A DNA stretch of 64,000 nt. It comes from Hypanus sabinus. Lineage: Eukaryota. The DNA is taken from positions 166,904,001 through 166,968,000 of the forward strand of contig NC_082707.1 of the NCBI RefSeq assembly GCF_030144855.1. Reading direction: 5' to 3'. This document shows positions 49,193 to 61,656 of this stretch, piece after piece. The number at the start of each line of letters is the position of its first letter. Within the stretch, counting starts at the first letter, position 1. The notes under the pieces were generated by a model. It saw nothing but the letters and a program-made list of their open reading frames with translations. It made no database searches and was not told where the DNA came from. Both the position numbers and the translations under genes were made by a program.

Positions 49193-49764
49193 TCATGGGT
49201 CTGGCATGTCTGAAGTATCAACGACTACTTTAATGAAGATAGTGTCATCTTTAATATACGTTCCACTTTCCAAGACAGTCTGTGCAACAAAAAGAGGGCA
49301 GCCAGAAGCAATATTCATTTCTCCTACTGGCTGCTTAAAACTGCTGCTGTTGGGGTCTGGCTTAAAGGCATCCCCCAAATGGCGATTGGCCTGTCCTTGG
49401 TCTAACAGCATCAACGTTACTTTCTGTTTAAAAGGCCAAGGTAATAGTGCATCATATTCTCCTCGCATGATGACAAAAAACAGCGACAAGTGGGTTCCTT
49501 TGCCCATACCATCTCCATTGAGATAAACTCGAGCACACATTTTGTATCCAAAATATCCCGTGTAAAATGGCTGGCTATACAAGGATAACGTTTTTCCATT
49601 AACAGCCTCCTGTTTCCGCCGCCTGTAGTCTCGAATCTTCCAAATCAGTTTACCGTTGTAGCTGACAGTTTCTAAGAGTTGAAAGCGTAGGTCCATATCT
49701 GCCAGCCTCACGTCATGAACACTCAGTAAACTGTCAAACCTCTTCAGCTGGTTACTTAATTCAG
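49193..49764 (-). CDS. TRAF3: TNF receptor-associated factor 3, last coding exon (TRAF-C/MATH domain)
   Basis: cttgcag|CT GAA... to TGA at 49195-49193. LSVHDVRLADMDLRFQLLET...SLYSQPFYTGYFGYKMCARVYLNGDGMGKGTHLSLFF...DTSDMPDP is near-identical to the human TRAF3 C-terminus. Confidence 0.98.
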
Positions 49765-50379
49765 CTGCAAGACAAAAAGAATTAAACATTTTATTTGAAT
49801 GAAGTCACTTTGCAATAGGATGAACTATTTATATGATACTGGAGTTTGCAAATGTGAATCTTACGTCAACTAAACTTCTTACTGTACTTATTCAAAATAT
49901 ATAATTTCACTGGCATAATCTGCTGAAGATTAGTGACACAGGAAAGTAATGTTTTAACTTAAAATTTAATTTGATGTTGTTATTGCTGTGACAGTATCTA
50001 GACTTTACAAAGAAGCAGAGACATATTGCTTACAGCCAGTCACATAACATTCAAATGCTTCAGAGCAAAACAGCATTTAAGGTGATACAAGGACAAATAA
50101 TAAAAACCTTGGATCCCAAACCAGTCCTTGCCTTTCAAATGGTGCTAAACTGTATTTGCAAGAACTTTTTCCAAAGGTTTCCCTGCAACTGAGATAGGGC
50201 ATATGGCCTGACACTTCGTGGCTTACCCCATTCACTCTTCTTGAATATGGGAATAATATGGCCAGCAAATAACGTGACCAGCGGCGACGTCCTTCAAACA
50301 ATTCATGAAACTACTTCTTCTTCTTCCATATATGATTATACTACTGCGTGTGAATGGAACCTGTGATTTACCTTTTCAG

Positions 50380-51035
50380 GTCGGTTGAGCGATCCAGCAC
50401 TTTGCTGTTTCTGAGGGAGGTCGCTGAGGTTTGGAGCAGATTGTGCAGCCTGGAGCCAAGAAACCCGAAGCCCATGATTGACTCCAGTCCTCGCCAGTTA
50501 AAGCATCAAGCAATATTGAAATCAACGAGGACGAGAGTGGAAGGCGAGCGGGTATTCAGCACCGTCTGCCTGCGTGTGACTGATCTCTCTCTCTCTCCCC
50601 TCCTCTTGCTCGTTGCCGCCGGAGGAAGGTGCTGGAGTCGTGGATCTTGGGCAAGGTTTGATCGGTGCAATTTGTCACTGGACTCTGCAGTTCACGTTAT
50701 ACACGTCTGGTTACTCCTTTTCTTAGATTGCTCTTTTCTGCATTTGGGGCCACTGGCTCTGCAGCCAGCAGTCAACGGAAAATTGAACTGAGCTGAACTA
50801 AACTGAAAATTTCTAGACTGTTTAAGGACACTCTGGTTTGATGTTTTATGTTCTGTGTGTTTTTCGCTTGTTTTTTGCCATTTGCGCGATTTATTCTTTC
50901 TTTTGCGCACTGGGTGTTTGAGGTTTTCCTTGCACCGGTCCCATGGTGTTTCTTTGTTTCGTGGTTGTCTGTGGGAAGAAGAATCTCAGGGTTGTATACT
51001 GCATAAATACTTCGATAATAAATGCACTTTGACCT
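50380..51035 (+). repeat. Unclassified non-autonomous repeat, copy 3 (best preserved)
   Basis: CpG-rich copy of the family at 21700 and 36495. Tail gaagaatctcagggttgtatactgc...cttcgataataaatgcactttga. Confidence 0.8.
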
Positions 51036-52099
51036 TCCAGTTTTCCAGTACCTCATCTGTGCCTAAAGAAGTCGTCTATCTCTCCATCAGAGCCCCTGTA
51101 ATCTCCTCCTTTGCTTCCCATAGCTCCCTGAGATAGATTTCATTAATCCCTGGAGACTTATTGACATTAATGTCTCTTTCCTGCAGCGCACATTCCAGGC
51201 TATCAGCATAATCTCCCCGAGCAGTGCGTAGTGAACAGTGATACAGAGTATTCTTTCATGACGTCACACGTACTCCCGGCTCCACACAAAAAACTACCCT
51301 TTCGGTCCCCTAGAGGACTTACTCTTTCTCTAGCTACCCTCTAGTTTTTAAATACATTTATAAAAAGTTCTGGAATTCCCTTTAATACTGTAGGCCAAGA
51401 CCATTTCATGATCTTATTTTATCCTCCAAATCGATTTCTTAAGTTTTCTCATCTGTAAACCTCAATGAATTAACTTGATAACAATCTCCTATGACTGACA
51501 ATAGCTTCATTCTTTTTCCTGAACAACACTCAATTTGGCCATCAAATATATCAACTTTGCTTATCACGCTTGCAAGGATATGCTGATTCCAAACTCTTTT
51601 ATGTCTCCCACTTATCAGGTATAGTTAGGATATAGGCAGCAATGTATGCATGATGGAAAATGATTAGCCCATTGAGAGTTCACCAGAACAATGGAAACAG
51701 TAAAAGGCCCAACACAAGAACCAGGGCGGGGACGATACTGCAGAAACATTTATACCTATGTTATTTTCTCAGGATTAGGTGTGGATTCAAGCTTCTGGAG
51801 CTTGAACTTATCAGGGAGTTAGGGAATGGAGTTGCAGCAAGACAAAGGGAATAGCTCTCTCATTGCAAAGTTCAGCCAGAGGACACTCCTGCTCATCGAG
51901 TACTTGATGCTAAGGCTAAATTTCTAATGAGTTAGGGATAGTGAAGAGTGACAAAGAGATGAAGCAGAACTGATTGGATTCAAAACTGACACTGTGCAAT
52001 GAGGCTGCTGAGAGATGACAAACTGAAAATGGCCCAAGGAACCTTGGGGGGGGGGGGGCGGTGAAATAATATAGAAATAAGAAAAAGCTAATGCTATTG

Positions 52100-52620
52100 A
52101 TTCTTTGCTGGCCACCGAATAAAATTTAAAAAAGAAATCGAGGGAAAGCAGTGCCAGAGTGCCAGCTGGATGGAGTGGAGAGTTATCTGGGGATGCTGTG
52201 CTGATAAGCGTTGCCTCCGGGTCACGAGGAATGAAGAGTGATTATTCGACTTTGTCATTGCCACAGAGCTCTCACATGTAGCCTTCAGAAAAGCCATTTT
52301 GATAATGCAGCAGAGACAGAACCCTGATTGTTCTGGGAAGGTTGAACAAGGATTTTGAAAGTGTTAGCAAATTCAAGGACCTGAGAGGAAGAGAAGAGCG
52401 TTAGCATTTGGAAAGAAGAAGGAGTCAATGGCGAGCTTCTTGAAATGGCCGATGGTGGAACATGTTAAGGAGAGAACCACAACAGCTAAGGAAAGAGAGA
52501 TTTAGTTGGCCTGGTAACAGTAGGCCAAGAGGGAAAGAGCGGGATGGCAGACTTATGGCTGATAGGAACATGATGGCAGCATGAGACGTAAAGTAGGGAA
52601 AACAAAACTTTCTGTCACCT
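52100..52620 (-). mobile_element. Highly decayed L2-like LINE RT remnant
   Basis: Broken resemblance to L2 RT motifs (EMAFLKAT, QRLS, GTAF) on the minus strand. Confidence 0.4.
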
Positions 52621-52680
52621 GAAAGTGAGGGAAATTAGGTCAAAACTGGATAGCTTCAATCTTAGTGGACCACATCACCA

Positions 52681-53030
52681 AGGCAGCACAATAGCATAGT
52701 GGTCAGCACAACACTTTACACTACGGGCAACCAGAGTTCAATTCCCGCTGCTGCCTGGAAAGAGTTTGTATGTTCTCCCTGTGACCATGTGGGTTTCCTC
52801 CAGGTGCTTTGGTTCCGCTACACAGTCGAAAGTCATACCATTTGGTAGGTTACTCAGCAGGCCAGGCAGCATCCAAGGAAAAAACCATAGTCGACACTTC
52901 GGAACTTTGGCCTGGAGCATCAACTGTGCTTTTTTCCATGGATGCTGACTGGCCTGCTGAGTTCCTCCAGCATTAAGACAGGGGTTACTGGGTGGCGTGG
53001 CTCGAAAGGCTGTATCCCAATGAATAGATA
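52681..53030 (+). mobile_element. V-SINE/HE1-like SINE interrupted by a Penelope fold-back (52852-52975)
   Basis: A box TAGCATAGTGG, B box GAGTTCAATTCC, V-domain GTTTGTATGTTCTCCCTGTGACCATGTGGGTTTCCTCCAGGTGCT. Confidence 0.8.
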
Positions 53031-53209
53031 TATCAAGCCTTAACGAACTCTGCTCTTAAGTAGCAAAACTGCCTATTATTCCAGTAATATCTTGGAATGC
53101 AATACCAATTCCAAATTCTTTTTCATTCCTGAAACCTTGGTCTCCTCCTCAACACAAGGAAGCAGCGACACCACCAAGTACTTAACATCTTATACAGTTT
53201 ATTTATTTT

Positions 53210-53460
53210 TATTTAGAGATACAATGCGGAATAGGCCCTTCTAAGCCTGCGAACTGCACTGCCCAGCAACCCCAATTTAACCCTGACCTAATCAAGGGAC
53301 AATATCCCAGTTAACCTACCTGGTACATCTTTGAACTGAGGGGGGAAGCCAGAGGAGCTGGAGGAAACATTCCACAGAGAGGACCTACAGAGGTTGCTGA
53401 AGTGAACTCTGAGCTGTAACAGCGTTGTGCTGACGGCTGCACTACTGTGTCGTCCCACAT
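53210..53460 (-). mobile_element. V-SINE-like SINE
   Basis: Minus-strand tRNA-like head, ggcttccccctcagttcaaagatgtaccaggtaggttaa core and agggcctattccgcattgtatctctaaa tail. Confidence 0.65.
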
Positions 53461-53464
53461 CATC

Positions 53465-53950
53465 TCCTGCCTGACGACTGTGGGAAGTAACCTGGCTAGC
53501 TGCATCATGTTCTGTCACAGCACTTCGAATGTACGGGAACGCAAGAAGCAGCAGAGAATAGCAGGCCCAGCCCAACACACTACTGCACGTCCCTCCCCAC
53601 CAACCAAAGTATCTAAATCCGAAGGCACCATCTACCTACGATCGGCACCATCCAGGCCACGCCATCTTTTTGCAGCTACCGCTGGGCTGCAAGTACAGAA
53701 GCCTGAAGTCCCACACCACCAGGTTCACAAACAGCTACTGCCCTTCTGCCATTCAGTTCTTCAACCAGCCAGCACAACCCTACTCGTATAGTTATGCTTT
53801 CATTTCTTTGAACTACCATGGACTTCGTTTTTGTTTTAATTGCATTCATTTGTTTTCCTTGTGTATCTGATGCTACGTGCCAGTGACACCACTGCAATTA
53901 ATTTTCTCATTTGCGCCTGTGCATACTTGCACTTATGCATATAACCACAA
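53465..53950 (+). mobile_element. Rex1/Babar-type LINE 3' fragment
   Basis: SNLASCIMF...ERKKQQR and QLPLGCKYRSLKSHTTRFTNSYCPSAI. Confidence 0.7.
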
Positions 53951-54314
53951 ATTAATTTTTTGACTTTTATTGTAACTTTTGAGAAAGTGGGAATTATTAT
54001 CTTTTCCACATTCTGGTTAGCTGCCTTCAGCCAACTCCTTCCCTTCCCCAGAGAGACAAAATTCCTCTGGCTCTTCTCACTGCCTGAGCTATCACCTCTC
54101 CAGTTGAGGCTCAGGATGAAAATACGAGTTTTAGGCAAGTCAGTTTTCAATGACTTCATTTATGATTCTTCATTCTCGTGAAAATCTGCACATTAACAAT
54201 GCATCCTGGGTTGCAAACACTCTTTTACATAGGAGCCAACTTGCACTGCTCCCACACTTCAATTCACATCTTAGACAACAGACAATATGAGCAAAATCGT
54301 GGCTTTGTACTTAC

Positions 54315-54507
54315 TCAAACTAGCAGCTCCCATGCCTGGTCCAGCAGTTCTGCCGGGCAACTCCAGTTGTCTAATTCGGGTCTGCAGGTGGTCTATAGAT
54401 TCTCTCAGAATGTTGGCATCTCGAGCAGTCTCTTCCTGCCTTTGGTATGTCTGTTGCGATGTTTGGTCAATATTCATCAGCTTATCTGTCTGACTGGCCA
54501 ACATTTT
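54315..54507 (-). CDS. TRAF3: TRAF3 penultimate coding exon (193 nt, coiled coil)
   Basis: tttgcag|AAA ATG...TTG A|gtaagt. KMLASQTDKLMNID...LRESIDHLQTRIRQLE aligns to human RVIDSQAEKLKELD...MKSSVESLQNRVTELE. Phases 0/1 fit the neighbours. Confidence 0.92.
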
Positions 54508-55659
54508 CTGCAAAAATTAAAATTAAAATTTGTATACATTTAATACAAGCTAGCATCATATCCAAAGCAGCAGGTGATCTGGGTTCATGCCCGATGGTCA
54601 GGTGAGGAAAGCATTCCTAGTGACCTAATGCGAGAAAGTCAATGCCAGCTTCAGACTAACAGTAAAATCCTTCGTTATAAGCAAAGCAGGACAGGAAAGA
54701 CACACTGACAGATTCTGGGTTCCTAGTGAACTGCTTCCAATGTCCATTTCTCATCATGGCCATTCTTTGCAAGCATACAGCCTTTCTCACCCAAATTCCT
54801 CTCCACTCTGCAGGTTATTAAGGATCAAACTGCAGCACGTTTCAGTACAACTAACACAGAGCTTGTCTCTGCTCGTTCACTGATGAAATTCTTATCCGTG
54901 CCTTTTTGCTTCTAAATTCAACAACTTCAAATGGGCATTCTCATTCCAACCTCTATAATTTAGAAATCATCCAAAATCCTATCACATGTTTTGTACTCAG
55001 TTAGTCTGTTCATCAATTCTGTGCTACCTGGATTTTAAATTTTTCATTGACTAATTCATATCCCCTTTTGACCTTGCCCTCTCCTCTTTCTATAAACCTC
55101 TCCAACCCTATAATCCCAAGGGGTACGCATAGTCCTGCGCCTCACCTCTTTAACATATCCAAAGTTAATTGACACTGGCAGCCACATCTACAGCTAACAA
55201 CACCTTAAGCTTTGAAGTAGTGCGTCTCTACCCCCTTTACCTTTTAAATTATTCCATAAAACATACTTCTAAAGTAGCTCAGTCGTCAAGTTATGCGTTA
55301 ATGTCCCTGTGAAGCAGCTTAAAAATTTTTGCTACATTAAAGACTTTGTATGAATATAAGCTGCTGTTGTTGAGCAAGATATGCTTCAATGAATTGAAGA
55401 GAAAAAAAATGTGAAGAACAGTTGGCTGACAATGGAAAACCATTTGCACGAGGGTGGATGCGAACCAGGACTCGCAGACTCTGCAGAATTTGGATAGTTA
55501 ACTGGCTAGTGTTACAAAGTTCATACAGACTCCAGTACACACGTAGAAATAAATAAGTAAACAATATGAATGGAGACATTTTCACATTGATTATAACAAT
55601 TAGAATTATATAACTTGAAGCAATTGCATCAGTAGGGAATTATTATACAGTCATTATTA

Positions 55660-55952
55660 TACAAACACCAGAGGGCATATGTATGAAATTAAGGGAGGGA
55701 AGTTTAGGGGAGACATCGGGGGTAAGTTTTCTTTACATGGAGGGTTGTGAGTGCCTGGAATGACTTGCCGGGGATGGTGGTGGAGGCTAAAACATTAGGG
55801 GTATTTAAGAGCCTCTTGGACAGGCACATGGATGAAAGAAAAATAGAGGGTTATCGGGTAGTGTGGGTTTAGTACTTTTTTTAAGGATTATTTGGGTCGG
55901 CACAACATGGAGGGCTGAAGGGCCTGTACTGTGCTGTAGTGTTCTATGGTTC
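55660..55952 (+). mobile_element. CR1 3' end
   Basis: TNTRGH..KLRG..FRGD...RVVSAWNDLP and tail gggctgaagggcctgtactgtgctgtagtgttctatggtt. Another tail at 56235-56418. Confidence 0.8.
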
Positions 55953-57345
55953 ATTGAATTTTTTAAAAAGTTGTAAATTATTGGCTAGAAAAAGAAAAAG
56001 CAGCTATCCTTGATGTTCAATGCTGTTACCAATACCGAGTCCTCCCACCATCAATATCCTTGGAGATAACTACTGATCACTGAGGTTGGTTATCTTCAGA
56101 CATCAACAAACATTTAAGAACGATCCACACTCAACAAGGCAAAAGTCAGGGACATGGTGGAGTATTTTCCACTGGCTGTGATGAGTGCAGGTCCAACAAT
56201 GATCAACAAGCTCAATGTATTCAAAACAGAATAACTGGCAACGGGCTGCCGGCAACTGTGGTGGAGGCGGATACAATAGGATCTTTTAGATAGGTACATG
56301 AAGCTTAGTAAAATAGAGGGCTACAGGTAAGCCTTGTAATTTCTAAGGTAGGGACTTGTTCGGCACAACTTTGTGGGCTGAAGGGCCTGTATTGTGCTAT
56401 AGGTGTTCTATGTTTCTAATGCCACCCGCCTGTCATGCCTGAATGTTGTTTAGGGCTCAGTGCATGCAGGTGTGGACTGCATTATTTGCCGAGGTGTTGC
56501 AAATGGAACTGAAGATTGTGCAATCGGTGAACATTCTTCAGAATGACATTACAATGGTCAGTGATAAAGCAACCGAAGATGACTGAGCCTTGGAAACTGT
56601 TCCAAGAGACTCGCACTGATCCACAGGGCTGGGATTTCAGTTTTCTCCTGGCTTTGGTGTCTGCAAGAACTATTTAATCTACTTTATAGACTGTTCCACA
56701 CCAAAGTTGCCACCATCTTCAAACTGACTTTGAAACAGTAAATCTCGTGGATATTTCTCTGGGGTCAATAGTGAGTCACTTCTTCAAGGATACCACAATA
56801 TCCTGGGTTGTTCAAGTACAGAGAGCATTCTTCATTCCATCTGAAGTCACATCCTACCCGAGTTATTACTCCATGACACCGTGGCCCTCTGTTGACCCTG
56901 CTTCCTGCTCTTACCGTGATTTTAAATGTTTTATGAACATTTAATTTCTTCGTTCTCTATTTTTGACTATTCAGAATATACTGTACAATTATACCTGAAA
57001 TAACAGTCTATTTTTCACATTTTTGGAATTTTTTCAAGCCTTCCTGATATTTCACATCTCTGTAAGAATTTTACTTAGCTACATCCTCCATGGACTAAAA
57101 GCCCCAAGTTGTTTTTTTTTAAAGCTACTTTATTGTTCAGCACTTACAGTTTTTTTTTTGTCAATGCCTTAAGAAATTGATTATTTTTGCAATCCAAAAA
57201 GGACATATTACATGTAAACTGATCTATTCAGGACAAATTCTCACTTATCTAATAGTTCAACATTTTACAGCTAATTACATCAAAAACTAAGATACAAGGA
57301 TCTACAAATATGGAAGTATTTCCTCTCTGTGCCAAAAGGTATTAC

Positions 57346-57486
57346 CTGCATGTGGCCAAGTCGACTTTCGTTCTTACTTGCGAGCTGTGCAAATTTACTT
57401 TGTTCTTTCTCCAAGTGGCTTATCTGGGCTGACATGATATCAACCATTTTACACTTTTCTTGCAACTTGTTCTGAAGATCCAAGAC
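57346..57486 (-). CDS. TRAF3: TRAF3 coding exon (141 nt, coiled coil)
   Basis: ctgcag|GTC...ATG CAG|gtaata. VLDLQNKLQEKCK...NESRLGHMQ (47 aa) versus human VSLLQNESVEKNK...NESKILHLQ (47 aa). Confidence 0.93.
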
Positions 57487-58319
57487 CTGCAGCAAGAATG
57501 AAGAACTATTAGCACGGAATCTCTCCTGGCAAGCACTATTATACCATTAAGATTCAATTTTTTCACTCTTTGCTGACTTCAGTAATAACTTCCATGAAAT
57601 CGGAAATGCTTTATTCTTTTGTTCCTAACCTGACATTTCCATCACTGAGAGAGTGGGACTACTGAGGCCTTAAACTTCTCTTACTGACACCTTAAACATC
57701 CGCTCAAGGCCATTAGGCAGTTTTTTGATCCCATTAATTTGGGAACATCCTGCATGAAGGAATTATATGCTGTGGGATTTAAATTGGAGTCTCACCCATC
57801 ACTGAAAGACCACAGTCCGTCAACCCGCATCATACAACTATATATGTAGACAATGCCAAGACCCAAGTGTGATTCAAATCGTTCCACAAAACATAATGAA
57901 ATGTCAGCTCTGGCAGAAACTGCAACGTTTGACACCTTATACTTTAATACACTTAAATGATACTGCTGCATTTTATCTCATATTTCACAAAGAGTGACTT
58001 ACTATTGCCAGTGAGGTCTTTTACATAATGAGGAAACTCTTGTAAGATGAATCAGCTACAGAGGTCAAACGGCTAGATTGAGAAAGAATGTAGCTCTCAA
58101 TACAAATTCTCCTTGTCACAGCTACAGTTAGAGAGGATTACTTTTCAATAGTATATCAGTGACTTAGTAGGGCAGCTTCCAAACCACGATATTTCTAAAA
58201 TAAACTTAATAAAAGCAGAATGGATCAAAATATTTGCCACTGTCGAACTTTTGTCCAATGGAGGAAGAGTACACAAAGAAAAGCAGAACTTGTTTTTACA
58301 AACCCAGTGCAAATTAATA

Positions 58320-59035
58320 AATTGGCAAGTTAGTTTATTATTGCTATCTGTACTGAGCTACGGATTGCAGATCAATTTGTCATAACAGCGCCTAGAGGGA
58401 ATACAGGTAAAACAATACAGCGTGAAGAATAAAGTGTTACAGAGAAAGTGCAGAGTAGGTAGACAATAACGGCCAAGATCAAAACAAGATTGTGAGGTCG
58501 AGGGTCCATACTAGGGAACCATTATCATAGTGTGATAGAAGCTGTCCCTGAGCCTGTTCATACAGCTTTTCAGACTTTTGTATCTTCAGCCCAATGGGAA
58601 TGTAGACTGTGTGCAAGGGGATGAGCTCTATGATTGTGCTGGCTGCTTTATCAAGGCAGTGAAATGTGAGAACAAGACCATGGAGGGGACACTGGTCTCA
58701 TGCTATGCTGAGCTGTGCTCACAACTCCTTGCAGTTGCCTGCAGTCAACTTCTTTGGTTTCAATGGTGCGTCGAACAAAATGCGTTTAGCCTCCTGAGGA
58801 AGTAGAGCCATTGAAGAGCTTTCTTGTCCATAGCATCTACATGGTTAGACCAGGATACGTTATTGGTGATGTTCACTCCTAGGAACCTGAAGCTCGCAAT
58901 CCTCGTGCTGATGTAAGCAGGAGCAATGAGCATTGCGCCCCTTTCCTGAAGTCAATGACTGGACCTTTCATTTTGCTGGCATTGAGGGGCAAGGCAGCTG
59001 TCATGTAATCATGTCACTAGGCTCTCTACCTCCTA
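58320..59035 (-). mobile_element. Old Rex1/Babar-type LINE 3' fragment
   Basis: IDFRKG, FRFLGVNIT and YFLRRL remnants. Tail caataataaactaa. Confidence 0.65.
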
Positions 59036-59606
59036 ACAACAGAATAAAAAGCCAGCTCCTCTTCTGAATTTACATTCTACATACTACATACAGTACAATA
59101 AATGCTGGTCTTGCAGGAATAGCAATGTCTCATAAATGAAGGAACAAAATTAACCATTAAATCCTGCTCAATGAGCTCGTCCATGTTGCATGTTGAAGCC
59201 TTTGGAACGGGGTCTCAACCCGCAGCCAGCTCCCAGAAAATGCAGAAACTGTTACAAGTTTCTAAAAAAAGTCCATGTTTTCATGGAAATAGAGAAAAAA
59301 AGGCCCTCAAACAGGCATCCATGCAATTGCTCGGAGAGTTAAGGACGTAAACTTTATCAACATTTTTTTACCCTATTATTGCAAAAATATGCACATTTCT
59401 GTTTTTGTCATGTCATTAGCAGTTCTTGAAGTATAACTGTTGCAGAATCTTCTGCGTTAACCAGTTCCCCAAATTACTGCTGGGCTACGTTCCAATTCTG
59501 AGAAATCAGTTTAGCCTTATTGGCATATAAACTCCAAAACACAAGGTTTTCTTTTCCTTTGAGCCCAAAACCAAATTTATGCATTTTTAGTTATTTTAGT
59601 CAACTG

Positions 59607-61656
59607 ACAGACATACTTTATTGATCCCGAGGGAAATTGGGTTTCGTTACAGCTGCACCAACCAAGAATAGTGTAGAAATATAGCGATATAAAACCATAA
59701 ATAATAATAAGTAAATTATGCCAAGTGGAAATAAGTCCAGGACCAGCCTATTGGCTCAGGGTGTCTGACACTCCAAGGGAAGAGTTGTAAAGTTTGATGG
59801 CCACAGGCAGGAATGACTTCCTATGACGCTCAGTGTTGCATCTCGGTGGAATGAGTCTCTGGCTGAATGTACTCCTGTGCCTAACCAGTACATTATGGAG
59901 TGGATGGGAGTCATTGTCCAAGATGGCATGCAACTTGGACAGCATCCTCTTTTCAGACACCACCATCAGAGAGTCTAGTTCCATCCCCACAACATCACTG
60001 GCCTTACGAATGAGTTTGTTGATTCTGTTGGTGTCTGCTACCCTCAGCCTGCTGCCCCAGCACAAAACAACAATATGATAGCACTGGCCACCACAGCCTT
60101 GTAGAACATCCTCAGCACTGTCTGGAAGATGTTAAAGGACCTCCGTCTCCTCAGGAAATAGAGACGGATCTGACCCTTCTTGTAGACAGCCTCAGTGTTC
60201 TTTGATCAGTCCAGTTTATTGTCAATTCATATCCCCAGGTATTTGTAATCCTCCACCATGTCTACACTGACCCCTTGGATGGAAACAGGAGTCACCAGTA
60301 CCTTAGACCTCCTCAGGTCCACCACCAGCTCCTTAGTCTTTTTCATATTAAGCTGCAGATGATTCTGCTCACACCATGTGACAAAGTTTCCCACCGTAGC
60401 CCTGTACTCAGCCTCATCTCCCCTGCTGATGCATCCAACTATGGCAGAGTCATCAGAAAACTTCTGACTCAGTGTTGTAGTTGAAGTCCAATGTGTAGAT
60501 GGTGAAGAGAAAGGGAGACAGGACAGTCCCCTGTGGAGCCCCGGTGCTGCTGACCGCTCTGTCTGACACACAGTGTTGCAAGCGCACGTACTGTGGTCTG
60601 CCAGTCAGGTAATCAATAATCCAATGCACCAGGGAAGCATCCACCTGCATCACTGTCAGCTTCTCACCCAGCAGAGCAGGGCGGATGGTGTTCAACACAC
60701 TGGAGAAGTCAAAAAACATGACCCTCACAGTGCTCGCCGGCTTGTCCAGGTGGGCGTAGACACAGTTCAGCAGGTAGACGATGGCATCCTCAACTCCAAG
60801 TTGGGGCTAATAGGCAAACTGGAGGGGATCTAAGTGTGGTCTAACCATAGGCCAGAGCTGCTCTAGAACAAGTCTCTCCAGGGACTTCATGATGTGGGAG
60901 GTCAATGCCACCGGTCTGTAGTCATTGGAGCCACTGGGGCGCGGTGTCTTCAGTACAGGAACGAGGCAGGACGTTTTCCACAGCACAGGAACCCTCTGGA
61001 GACTCAGGCTCAGGTTGAAGACGTGGTGTAGTACTCCACATAGCTGGGGGGCACAGACTTTAAGCACCCTGGGGCTGACATCATCCGGGCCTGCAGCCTT
61101 GCTTGGGTGGAGACGTTTCAGCTGTCTTCTCACCTGTTCAGCTGTGGTTTCACGTATGGGAGGGGTGCAGTCACGAAAGCAGGGTGGGAGGCTGAGAGGA
61201 GGGGTAGGAGGGGAGAGTGGAGTATATGTTGGTTGGGGGCCGACAACAGATGAATCATGTGGGGGATGGGCAGGGGCTACAGTGTCAAATCTATTGAAGA
61301 ACAGGTTAAGTTCGTTGGCCATGTCCACACTGCCTTCAGCTCCTCTGTTGCTGGTTTGCCGGAACCCAGTGATGGTCCTCATCCCACTCCAAACCTCTCT
61401 CATGTTGTTCTGCTGGAGTTTCCACTTAAGCTTCCTCCTATACCTGTCTTTAGCCTCCCTGATCCTGGCTTTCAGGTCCCTCTGTATTGTCCTCAGCTCC
61501 TCCCTATTTCCATCTCGAAACACCCTCTTTTTAGTGTTCAGGATTTCCTTAATGTCCTTTGTTACCCATGGCTTGTTATTTGAATAACAAAGGACAGTTC
61601 TTGCCGGAACATTGCAGTCCACACAGAAGTTGATGTAACTAGTGATACACTCTGTG
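59607..61656 (-). mobile_element. Young 5'-truncated Rex1-type LINE in a TRAF3 intron
   Basis: Long open frame (NNKPWVT...NDYRPVALTSHIMK...LDPLQFAY), then MFFDFSS, GAPQGTVLSPFLF and KFSDDSAIVG with one stop and small indels. Tail aatttccctcgggatcaataaagt. Possible TSD AACTG at 59602-59606 and 61657-61661. Confidence 0.92.

Noticed and set aside
49206-49526. Plus-strand 106-aa ORF
   Set aside because: Antisense shadow of the TRAF3 coding exon with no independent evidence. The same applies to 54178-54543.
52681-52750. tRNA-like sequence with A and B boxes
   Set aside because: SINE head that continues into a V-domain; no cloverleaf. The same applies to 7590-7661.
60925-61587. Plus-strand 220-aa ORF
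   Set aside because: Antisense shadow of the GC-rich Rex1 ORF.
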